A DNA stretch of 64,000 nucleotides from Balanoglossus misakiensis (taxonomy: Eukaryota; Animalia; Hemichordata), in contig CM082578.2 of the NCBI GenBank assembly GCA_040954595.2, positions 974,831 through 1,038,830 on the forward strand, read 5' to 3'. Of the stretch, positions 1-10,130 are shown piece by piece (the stretch's first letter is position 1; every line of letters starts with the position of its first letter). The position numbers and the translations under genes are program-made. A model generated the notes under the pieces. The model saw only the letters and a program-made list of their open reading frames with translations, was not told the origin of the DNA and made no database searches.

Positions 1-565
1 AATCTGGCTACTCATTGGGAGAAGCAACCAGTTACTAAACCTATGATGCAGCAGGACCATAGAATTCGGAAAGCTGCTGATAATTTATTGTTGTCGCAAC
101 TTCCGTTGTTGGAAATTTTGCAGACGGCTCATGATGGTGTCAATTGATCCACAAATTCTTCTAACTACCATTCAACTTAGTATTACTCTGTTCGGTAGTG
201 CTTTTCGTGGTCTACAGATAGCAAGACAGAAGGCCTTTGAATCTGTGCTTCCAAATATGTATGCTTCTTTGAAGAAATTGGAACCATCCATGGCTACATT
301 ATTTGGAGATGAGCCACTGAAGGAGGCAAAGAAGGCAAAGCAGGCCCATAATGTTGTGGTTGATATGACCTCTAGGGGTCAAGGGTCAACTGGAAGTGCA
401 GCAGGCCAGTTCCGCAAACGCCCCATGTCTACCTACAAGTCCAGGTATGGCCAAAGTGGATATGGTAAGCGGTCTCAATACTCCAAGTTTATACAGTATG
501 GTTCTTCACCCAAGTTTGCGAGAACTGATGGCGCTGGTCAGTCCTTTCGTGGCAAAAAACAGTGA
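1..565 (+). pseudogene. DIRS gag-like ORF (3' part, frameshift near 130-150)
   Basis: ORF 131-565 (..SITLFGSAFRGLQIARQKAF..TLFGDEPL.., basic Gly/Ser tail) lies directly upstream of pol. Frame 1 is open from base 1 to ~147. Confidence 0.7.
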
Positions 566-604
566 TGTTTTCCCTCATCAAGAGCAGTTACTTACTCATC
601 CCCA

Positions 605-2610
605 GGTAGGGGGTCGTCTAGCTTTATTTCTTCACCAGAGTGGCGGCAGCTAACTTCAGACCCATGGATACTAGAAACAGTGCAAGGTTACAAGCTGGAA
701 CTCGTGTCAACACCAGTGCAGTCGCATCTACCAGTTACGGCTGTTCAGTCATGCCATGTAGATTTGATCGACACAGAAATACAGTCTTTGTTACAAAAGG
801 CGGCAATACATCCAGTGGTACCAGTTCAAGGTCAGTTTGTGTCAACAATATTTCTAGTACCCAAAGTGTCAGGAGGTTGGCGCCCGGTTTTCAACCTGAA
901 ATCACTCAATCGGCACATTGCTTATCAGCACTTCAAGATGGAGGGCCTTCAGCATGTCAAGGCGCAACTTCGTCCAGGCGACTTCATGGCCACAGTAGAC
1001 CTGAAGGATGCATATTTCACTATCCCAATTTTTGTAGATCACAGAAAGTTTCTTCGGTTTATTTGGAAGGAGACGATGTTCGAATTTGCAGTTCTGCCGT
1101 TCGGCATTGCCAGTGCTCCTCGAGTTTTTACGAAAATGTTGAAGCCAGTCGTCGCTCAGTTTCGTCGCCAAGGTATTTGATGTGTAATTTATATAGACAA
1201 CCTCCTGATCCTGGGGGAATCCAGGAAGTTTGGCCAAGCGAATGTAGAGACAGCTGTGCAACTTCTGCAGAGTGTAGGTTTCCTCGTAAATTGGGAAAAA
1301 TCCAAACTTCAACCAAAACAGCAAGTTCAGTTTTTGGGTATGATGATCAACTCCATAGACATGACGATCAGTTTCCCACAGGAAAAGGTACAGAAACTCC
1401 AATCAGAATGTTGCTGGGAAAAGAAGTGGTCACTGTGCGTTGCCTAGCAAAGGTGTTGGGGCGAATGACAGCAGCTCTGGAGGCGAAAACTGTGGCGCCA
1501 CTTCATTACCGGGCTCTTCAGAAAGATCAGCTGAAGGTGTTCGCTCTGACAGGGTGCTTCGATTCCCCATTGAGTCTCTCTCGAGCAGCAAAGACAGAGT
1601 TGAGATGGTGGGTAGAATGTCTTCATGCGTGGAATGGCAAGTCCCTACTACCAAATACACCGCAACTGATAGTTCAGACAGATTCGTCCATCAGAGGATG
1701 GGGAGCAGTATGCGGGCACAACTCGGCACAGGGACAGTGGAACCAGAGTCTCCACATAAATCAGCTGGAGATGCTGGCAGTTTGCAGAGGATTGGAGCGT
1801 CCGGCAAGTCATCTGCAGGACATCTGTGTCGAAGTCCAGTGAGACAATACATCAGTAGTGTCTTACATCAACCGTCAGGGAGGCACTCGGTCTTGGCCTC
1901 TGAGCGAGTTGGCGGCCAGTCTATGGTTGTGGTGCCTGAAGCGCAACATTATACTATCAGCAGTGCATCTGCCGGGGAGAATCAATTAAGAGGCGGATTA
2001 CCTTTCGCGAAAATTCAACGACAATCTGGAATGGCAGCTCAACCCAGTTGTGCTCCAGAAAGCCCTCCGGATGTTACAGTGGATACCGCAAGTGGACCTG
2101 TTTGCGACACATCTGAATGCACAGCTTCCTCGTTACGTCTCTTGGAAACCAGATCCACAAGAGTGGCGAATAGACGCATTTTCCATTCAGTGGAACAAGC
2201 TGGTAGGCTATGTGTTTCCTCCGTTTTGTCTTCTTCCAAGAATTCTGCACAAAGTTCATCAGGACAAGGCACGCATAGTTCTGGTGGCCCCAGTGTGGAC
2301 GACTCAACCCTGGTATCCGGATTTGCTTTCACTTCTGATACAAAATCCGTTATTGCTCCCACAAGTCCCAGACCTGTTAGTCGATCTGTTGACAGGGCAG
2401 AATCATCCACTCGCAAACCAAATGTTGCTAGCCGTGTGGCCGCTCTCAGGTGTACTCTCCGAGCAAGAGGCATATCTGAAAGGGTGTCTAAAATTATCCT
2501 CCAAAGCATCAGACGAGGCACTGCAAAACAGTATGAGTCAGCCTGGCGTCGCTGGAATCGTTGGTGTCAAAGACAAAAGGAAGATCCTATTTCAGCGCCT
2601 ATCCCTATAG
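605..2610 (+). pseudogene. DIRS pol: reverse transcriptase, RNase H and DNA adenine methylase-like domain, disrupted
   Basis: VGGRL..DPWILETVQGYKLE, FLVPK.SGGWRPVFNLKSLN, DLKDAYFTIPI, LPFGIASAPRVFTK, YIDN (decayed YxDD). RNase H motifs TDSSIRGWG, HINQLEMLAV, DNTSVVSYINRQGG. Methylase-like VDLFA..DAF..YVFPPF. Stops at 1178, 1840 and ~1987; frameshifts near 640 and 1415. Confidence 0.93.
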
Positions 2611-3388
2611 TGTTGGAATTTCTTGCAGACCAACTTGATAGACAACTTCAGTATCACACCATTAATGTATATCGTTCAGCTATCTCTTCAGTGCACTTGC
2701 CAGTTGATGGATATCGTTTGGGAAATCATCCACTTGTTACACAGTTTATGAGGGGAGTTTATGTATCCAGACCACCCAGGTATGGGATGTTCAGCAAGTT
2801 TTGACTTTTCTTCAGTCTTGGTCGCCATCCAAGGATTTGTCGCTGAAGTGTTTAACATTAAAAACTGTTATGTTAGTTGCGTTATGTACAGCAGGACGGT
2901 GTTCTGATTTGGCAAATCTCCAGTTGGAGTCTATTTCGTTATCCAAGGGATCAGCTGTTTTGCTTCCGGCTAGTTTGTCGAAGACAGACAGACCAGCCAA
3001 GAAAAGAATAATTGTTGTTTTAACAGCCTTCAAGAAGGATCGAAGGTTATGTGTAGTCTATTATTTGGCTTCTTATTTGCGTCGGGTGCAGTCTTTACGC
3101 AAGCACAAGAAGACCCTTTTCGTTAGTTTTGCGTCAGGAAAACCTGTTTTGCCAAGTACCATAGCAAGATGGATTAAATTGGTGCTTCAGAAGAGTGGTA
3201 TAGACAAGGTCTTCTCAGCACATGCAACTAGAGCAGCAGTTACTTCAGCCCTTCATTTCAGAGGAGCCTCGTTACAGCAAATTATGGGTTTGGCGAATTG
3301 GTCCTCTTCTAGAACCTTTGCTAAACATTACCAGTGTGAGGTATCATCATTGACTTCTCCAGTGTTGGACACCTTGGTAACCAAATAG
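2420..3388 (+). pseudogene. DIRS tyrosine recombinase (frameshift near 2780-2800)
   Basis: N-terminal RRGTAKQYESAWRRWNRWC..TINVYRSAIS at the end of ORF 1440-2804. Catalytic RCSDL, HATR and NWSSSRTFAKHY in ORF 2801-3388. Confidence 0.92.
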
Positions 3389-3432
3389 GTGAGTTGACTA
3401 CCTGTTGTTCTCAGGTGCTTTGTCTTTAAAAT

Positions 3433-3559
3433 CAGCTATGGAAATGAGGGAAGTCACTGAAGGATGTGAGAATAAATAAAAATTATACCACATCTTACTG
3501 TTACAGGATAATTGTGGTTATTCTCTCATCCTGGAGGAACGAACCGAATTGAAGTAGCT
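3433..3559 (+). repeat. DIRS internal complementary region (ICR)
   Basis: 3474-3559 is complementary to the element's right terminus 3736-3821. 3433-3473 is inferred to be complementary to the unseen left terminus. Confidence 0.85.
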
Positions 3560-3821
3560 CCCACCTCCCACCCAAAAATTATGTTTTCTGTTTGTCTTTT
3601 CTTAGTTTCATGCTTTTAAAGATGGTTGCTCGTCCGTAAGGCAGGTGTATATGGGATATTATTTAAATATTCATGTCATAGGTCATAGGTTATTTCTTTG
3701 AAAGGGCTGTGTCTACTCCGAGGTCAAGGGAAGACAGCTACTTCAATTCGGTTCGTTCATTCAGGATGAGAGAATAACCACAATTATCCTGTAACAGTAA
3801 GGTGTGGTATAATTTTTATTT

Positions 3822-4352
3822 TCAATGTCTTTGGTTAATGTCAGAAGAAGCTTTCCTCTGACTGCTGTTGCCACTACTGTTCCCGGCGGTATGGTGACGT
3901 TGTCATCGGTCAGGTTTACTAAACAGATGATTGGGGGCTGCCCCTTTTTACAGAATGTCCGGGGCATAATGACGTCACCTAGTTTCACTGGTTCCACTAT
4001 GTAGTCGGGCATGTCCATGTCGATTGTCCCTGTCACCCTGGTCACGGAGTTCGGAGACAGGATAGTGCATGGAGCGACTGATATGTAAGCCACGTGCCAC
4101 AGTGGTCTGGTCCCCTTGCAGCAACGGGACATGCTGTTCTCCCACCTGGAGGAAGTTTTCTCGCATGTGGAGGATGACCTGTTTGGATCGAAGTTGGTCT
4201 ACTCCCAGCAGCATGGTGTCTCCTATTGGGCCAACATATATATTTTCTCGAAAGGCAGTGCCCTCTAACTTCAGGTTCACTGGTCCAATTTTGAATCCTC
4301 TCATGGACGAGTCTCTTCCTGCTAGGTGTACTTTGACAACAAGCTTTTTCAC
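3822..4352 (-). mobile_element. Gypsy-like LTR retrotransposon pol fragment (protease C-terminal half and following linker)
   Basis: ..ENIYVGPIGDTMLLGVDQLRSKQVILHM.. resembles the retropepsin LLGxD motif. After a frameshift it continues ..IICLVNLTDDNVTIPPGTVVA.., a typical protease-RT linker. Confidence 0.65.
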
Positions 4353-4384
4353 TCCACAAGTGGCTGTGTGATGTTTTCCGGGGG

Positions 4385-4536
4385 TCTTCGTATTTTTTGC
4401 CCGTCAAAGGGGGGGGGGGGTCATCATTTGTTGGTCCTGGGTGAAAGGGGGTTCTGCTTGATTTTAAAAAAACCGATGACACAAACTTGCCGACCCCCCC
4501 CCCCCCCACTTCCAACCGTAAAAACTGAACCGCCCC
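4385..4536 (+). mobile_element. Right-end fragment of a PIF/Harbinger-type MITE
   Basis: Similar to 44370-44507 (..gatgacacaaacttgcc C-run ..ccgtaaaaactgaac..ccc) and followed by TAA. Mirror copy at ~33666-33815. Confidence 0.65.
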
Positions 4537-5748
4537 TAAAGAAATAAAAAATGCCATAACCAGTGAATGGTCATCCGCAATATTTGGTTTTTAATGTTTA
4601 CTCGACCCTTTAGTCGACAGCCCATGTGGATATACCAGTCCGGTAACCGTTGACATCAATCAGATTAAAATCAGATGTAGAATGTAGCGCCGTCTTTACC
4701 TTTGCTTATTCTTGGCTATTCCTGAAAAAGGACGAGAGTGGCCCGTTGCCGTTTTATAAGAGGACACCCCTAGCGCAAAGACAAATCCTGAGGTATCGAG
4801 AATTAAAATACAAACGTTTTCTTGTGACGTGGGTACCGCCGTACAATGTAAGGACAACACTCTTGTTGCCCTTTCTTCTATAAAAGTGAATTTTCATACA
4901 TGTTGCTTGATAAGTCTCCCCAAGCGTCGAAAAATCAATGTACTGGACTTTGCAGTTTTGGGAGCCATATTGCCAAGTTCACAAAGTAGCCGGAAAGGTT
5001 ATGACAAAGCCTGAGAATGACGCATGCGCACTTGGCAGCCTTGTCGCCTGTAGTGAGACAAACGCTAAACAGAACATGCAGGTCAAATTCATGATTCTAT
5101 TAATTAAGATAAGCTGTCACTTGAAATTCGGAAGAGCGATAAATGACGACTGGACTGGCTTTGAGGTACACGCCCACGCGGCAGTTTTGCTTGAAAATTA
5201 TTAAAACGTATTGGGCAATGTGGGATTCTAGACGGCAACAGACGTCGACTTCACCATCGAAAGAGTGATTTTACGTGTTGTGGGTATGGGCATGGCGCTG
5301 GCCCTTTAAATACACACAATAAAGAGTAAGCAATTGGGTTGATCACAATGCATCTCAACTAAGTAAACAGCGCAAAAGTATTAATTTGTATAACTACGGG
5401 CGGCCATGCACATTTTAATGAACTCATTGTTGAATCATGAACAGTACTAGATCGAGAATGGATTTGTCTTTCTATTACATCATCACCGTCATGTCATTGC
5501 CTTGGTGCTGGCTATATCATGTTTACATTTATCCTCTGATTTGAAGACTTAAGCAGTACGTATCTGGAAAGACGAAAAATAAAAACAATATGGACTCAGT
5601 GAAAACTCAAAAATTAAAAATCATGCAAATTCCCCTTGTTATTATGTGGTCTCTAGTGTAAGCAAAATGTCGATCCATTAGCCTCCATGTAACAATAAAG
5701 TCACAACATGAGTTCCAACTTTGTGTATTTTTAATTTGATGACTATAT

Positions 5749-5839
5749 TCACCGCGCACCTGGAATTCCACAGACGAAGCCCTTTGGTTTGACGTCGCAG
5801 TATTTGTCATCCCATAAACCCATGTGCCCATTTCTATAC
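5749..5839 (-). pseudogene. Isolated terminal exon of a C-type lectin domain gene
   Basis: Acceptor tcttacag followed by YRNGHMGLWDDKYCDVKPKGFVCGIPGAR*, matching the C-terminal W(N/D)DxxC..FVC motif of CTLDs. No upstream CTLD exons seen. Confidence 0.7.
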
Positions 5840-6304
5840 CTGTAAGATATCAACGGTTGCACTGCGATTGGTACCTGCGTGTTTGGAGACATCGGTTTTA
5901 TTAATACTGTAAGCATGTGATCTTGATTTAGAAAACCGAAAAAGATACCGTATAACTGATGCATATAACAAAAATACATAACGTTACGGGTGGTAATGAA
6001 CCTGTCACGGCCCTGATTCACCATCTTCGCTTGAATCCACAAGTACTGTCTTTCCATTAACGACATATTTGCTATCATTGCTAAAACTCGTACAAATAGT
6101 TCACAAATCATGAAATTTATATTTTTAGACTACACGTACACAGGAAACCCCTTACAGCCCTGTACTATTATCATGTCTGTCACATGGATTTACACAGTCG
6201 TGTACCAGCTATGTTGGCACACAGACTCTGTACCAGCTATGTAAAAAGAAATGATGTTACATATGAATAAGATGTGTGAGAAAAAGTCCTGTGTCATACC
6301 CTTT

Positions 6305-6458
6305 TTCACACAGCCCTGTACCAGGGGTGTACGTACACACGCTGGACCAGTCGTATTTCACACAGCCCTGTAACAGGTGTGCACGTACACACGGCTGGAC
6401 CAGTCGTATTTCACACAGCCCTGTAAAAGGGGTGTACACACGGCTGGACCAGTCATAC
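6305..6458. repeat. Minisatellite, 3 x ~53-55 bp
   Basis: cacacagccctgta..gtacacacg(g)ctggaccagtc repeated three times. Mirror at ~31745-31898. Confidence 0.85.
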
Positions 6459-6663
6459 ACATGCTGTACTGGGGAGTCTCATGATATTTCGTTTCTTTTA
6501 GACAGTTAGTTGTACTATTATTGGGCTCAAAGGTTACGCCTCAGCTCATACGAACTCAGAGTGCTTGATGTCAAAGGTCAAATCCCCTATCCAAATCCTC
6601 CATGTATTTTTCATTTGACGTATGCTTTAGCTGGAGCAGTCAAACCCGGGACTCAAACTAATT

Positions 6664-7545
6664 ACGGGCCCAAGCCAAGCCAGGCTTGGGCCCGTATTGG
6701 TTTCGTTGGGTTTTTTACGGGCCCAAGCCAAGCCAGGCTTGGGCCCGTATTGGTTTCGTTGGGGTTTATAGGGCCCAAGCGCAAGCAAGCGCTTGGGCCC
6801 TATTGGTTTCGTTTTTTTTTTTACAGGCCCAAGCCAAGCCAGGCTTGGGCCCGTATTGGTTTCGTTGGGGTTTTTCAGTCTTTCTTTCTTTAGGGCCCAA
6901 GCCCATACCAGCGCTTGGGCCCTATTGGTTTCGTTGGGGTTTTTCTGTCTTTAGGGCCCAATCGCACACAAGCGCTTGGGCCCTATTGGTTTCGTTGGGG
7001 TTTTTTAGGGCCCAAGCGCATACCAGCGCTTGAGCCCTAATGGTTTCGTTGGTTTTTTTTAGGGCCCAAGTGCATACCAGCGCTTGGGCCCTATTGGTTT
7101 CGTTGGGGTTTTTCTGTCTTTCTTTAGGGCCCAAGCGCACGCAAGCGCTTGGGCCCTATTGGTTTCGTTGGAATTTTTAGGGCCCAAGCGCACGCAAGCG
7201 CTTGGGCCCTATTGGTTTCGTTTTAATTTTTTAGGGCCCAAGCGCACACCAGCGCTTGGGCCCTATTGGTTTCGTTGGGGTTTTTAGGGCCCAAGCGCAA
7301 GGAAGCACTTGGGCCCTATTGGTTTCGTTGGAATTTTTAGGGCCCAAGCGCAAGCAAGCGCTTGGGCCCTATTGGTTTCGTTGGAATTTTTACGGGCCCA
7401 AGCCAAGCCAGGCTTGGGCCCGTATTGGTTTCGTTGGTTTTTTTTACGGGCCCAAGCCAAGCCAGGCTTGGGCCCATATTGGTTTCGTTGGAATTTTTAC
7501 CAGGCTTGGGCCCGTATTGGTTTCGTTGGAATTTTTCTTTCTTTC
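6664..7545. repeat. Array of 16 Helentron terminal hairpin modules (~53-69 bp each)
   Basis: Unit is GGGCCCAAGC-variable loop-GCTTGGGCCC-(g)TATTGGTTTCGTTGG-T-rich. The last unit is partially deleted. The array abuts AATT at 6660-6663. Confidence 0.9.
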
Positions 7546-8326
7546 TTTATTCTTGTGTCAATTCTTTGACCCACGAGATCTCAGACACCGCTGCAGGTAC
7601 ACTTCTGAAACTTGCTACAGTGGTCAAGGTCAATGAGTAGTCGTGCATTGAACCCTTGAATTTTTAATTAGTCTCGTGACCTGGCGGCCATCCTGGATTT
7701 TCTGAAAAAATGCAAATCTCAGATCTCAGAAACTACAAGTTAGATCGACTTCAAATTTGGCATGTTGGTAGACTACCTACTGCCCATCATTTTTGTAATT
7801 GAAAATTATGCTGACAAAGTTGCAGTTTTTTGCTACAATTTTTTTTCTGAAATCTGGCTTAAATTTCAAAAATCTTCTTCTCCAGAACCGGTGATAACCG
7901 AGACACAGGGTTTGGTGTATGTGGTCACCTAACTGATGTCTATCAAGTTTGCGAAGATCATTGTGATTGGTCGAAGATTTTGGCGGCCATATTGGATTTT
8001 CGAAACACCCTAGTAAAATTTCAAAAATCTTCTTCTCAAGAACCGGCGATTACCGAGTCACAAGATTTGGTGTGTGTGGTCATTAAACAGATGTCTATCA
8101 AGTTTGCTAAGAAGAATGTGATTGGTCGAAGATTATGGCGGCCATATTGGATTTTGTGAAAAACGATTAAAAAGTAAAAACTCCCTTTCTAGCCTAAAAA
8201 TTGTTAGCACAGAAATTCTTTTTATGGATATGAATCATCATATGACAAGAATAAGCTATAAATATTTTGGTAATTTTGGCAATGACCTTTGACCTACCTT
8301 TGACGCATCATTTTTCTGCATATCTG

Positions 8327-8673
8327 CACTGAAAATCGTCGCACCTGCAACGACCCATTGACTGAGCCGTTGATTTTATTTATCGACGCACCCGACTGTT
8401 ATCAGGCTGACTGAATGGGCATGTAACAGAATTTGCAACATTGTTGTGTTGAAGTAGACGCGGAGTCTCGGATTACATTACAGAGTGAATATACGACCGA
8501 GACACTTGATGAAATCAAAAGTTCAAACTTTGTAATGAATAAAGAACACGGTAAAAGTTGTGCGTGTTTTTCCCCCGATTATTTTAAATGAAAGACAGAT
8601 ATTCATCATGCATGATTCACTAAGAAACATTTATTCCACTAAAACACACCAAGCGATCGAAAGATAAAATACA
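8327..8673 (+). repeat. Left TIR of DD37E element
   Basis: Reverse complement of 12013-12366 with a few substitutions and a C/G-run length difference. Confidence 0.95.
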
Positions 8674-8709
8674 CAGTCCGTTTGATCAAAACTCGACACG
8701 GGTGAAAAC

Positions 8710-9792
8710 TCAAAGTTGCGGTACTTGTATATAACCAGTTGCAGCATAATACTCGTGCGTATCGTTTGGGGTGATCATTCGCACTGCATCGTACACCGCC
8801 ACGGCTACATTGTCATGTAATAGTTCGCGGTAATAGTCTCTTTTCAGGAGACTTTTCAACTTACTAAAGCAATTCTCGACAGGATTAAAATCTGGCGAGT
8901 ACGTTGGTAAAAATACCATTTCAACTCCGATATCATCCAACATATTTCTTACATGATCACCTGGTTGATGGTGATGTATAGGAGCGTTGTCTACAACAAC
9001 AGTGTCTCCTGGATTCAAAACAGCCTCACCGTCATTTGTGTACGCCGCCACGGCTTCAGCAAAGTACCTAATGAATTCATCGCCATTGGAGGGTCCCTCA
9101 ATAACAGAACAATATTTAACACCATCAATTCCAACGAGCAGATTCACTGTGTTATTTGCACCTGTCAAATATCTGCCGATTTCATAGGTTTTCACTCCCC
9201 TCTGAGAATGACCATATGTACGTTGACCGGTCTGTATTTTGACCCCGCTTTCATCCATAAACTTGACTCTCGCCGGATTCTTCGTCATCAAGTAGTCCAC
9301 ATAGGCTTGCGTGTACTCCATATTTTCTTCGGTCAAACGATGTTGATTGATGACAGACATTCTGGTAAATGTCCACGGACCGCCAGTTAGTTCATTACGA
9401 ACAGCTCTACCCACGGTACTGACGCTGACTGAGTTAACCGTGCCGTATTGCATCAGTTGGTCCACTATTTCCTGGTACGTAATGGAAGGTCTTTCCCTTT
9501 TCAACATCTCGATAAATTCCAGATCAGGATCGGTGAGCTTGCTCTGCTGGGTTGATCCACGAGGAGTGGGTGGATCGATTTCACCGGTTTCACAGTAGTG
9601 TTTCCAAAAACGACTCACTGTTGATTTGTTCACTCTGAACCTGTCCGCTACTTTTTTCAAACAACCAGCTGGAAAATACCCGGTCCTCTGATTTGCTCTG
9701 AGTGTCACCATTTCATTTCTGATCAATGAACGCAAGTCACTTGAGAGTGGTTTTCCGCGAGAAAACGAGCGTCCGCTCCGACTCACTTCCAT
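8710..9792 (-). CDS. DD37E transposase with paired-like N-terminal DNA-binding domain (360 aa from first ATG)
   Basis: MEVSRSGRSFSRGKPLSSDLRSLI (paired-like), HTH KVADRFRVNKSTVSRFW, FMDESG, VVVDNAPIHH and LPTYSPDFNPVENCFSKLK. 37 residues counted between the second D and E. ORF uninterrupted. Confidence 0.95.
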   Translation of the reverse strand: MEVSRSGRSFSRGKPLSSDLRSLIRNEMVTLRANQRTGYFPAGCLKKVADRFRVNKSTVSRFWKHYCETGEIDPPTPRGSTQQSKLTDPDLEFIEMLKRERPSITYQEIVDQLMQYGTVNSVSVSTVGRAVRNELTGGPWTFTRMSVINQHRLTEENMEYTQAYVDYLMTKNPARVKFMDESGVKIQTGQRTYGHSQRGVKTYEIGRYLTGANNTVNLLVGIDGVKYCSVIEGPSNGDEFIRYFAEAVAAYTNDGEAVLNPGDTVVVDNAPIHHHQPGDHVRNMLDDIGVEMVFLPTYSPDFNPVENCFSKLKSLLKRDYYRELLHDNVAVAVYDAVRMITPNDTHEYYAATGYIQVPQL

Positions 9793-10130
9793 ATTTCTTA
9801 CAATATTTATCAAATATAAGGTTGTGGACAAGGCGGGAATGTTCCCTATTGGTTAGGAACATACCAAATTACATGTTGATGACTTTGCTCAAACTTCCAT
9901 TAAAATAACCATACTGAGTACATTGGTAATTAAGATGACATTAAATTGTATATTTGGAATATTTTTGACAGGTAACGTTTTACAAATTTGTTTGCGATGT
10001 GGAAAAGTTTTGTTCTCGTTCTGAGTTCATACACGACCCCCCCTCCCCCCTAATTTGTTGGTCCTTCCACCCGACAGTTTCACTGCGTTCGACACGTGCG
10101 TGTGTGGAAGACATCAGTAAATAGCTGTCT

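Larger units (their letters stand above)
1..3821 (+). mobile_element. DIRS1-like tyrosine-recombinase retrotransposon, 5' part outside window, decayed
   Basis: Gag, RT, RNase H, methylase-like and overlapping tyrosine recombinase regions in DIRS order. 3474-3559 is the near-perfect reverse complement of 3736-3821 (ICR/right ITR), and the element ends in TTT. Confidence 0.95.

Noticed and set aside
640-2400. Long alternative-frame ORFs 640-1842 and 1440-2804 as independent genes
   Set aside because: Their recognisable parts are RNase H and YR segments reached through frameshifts. Long overlapping frames are normal in DIRS elements.
6664-7545. CRISPR array (palindromic repeats with variable inserts)
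   Set aside because: Eukaryotic context with no cas genes. The variable parts are short hairpin loops and T-rich linkers that recur, not unique spacers, and the stem matches Helentron subterminal repeats.
6510-7640. Repetitive ORFs (GPYWFRW.., ARIGFVG..), also at 30774-31693 and 34236-34613
   Set aside because: Translation artefacts of the hairpin arrays, open in several frames.
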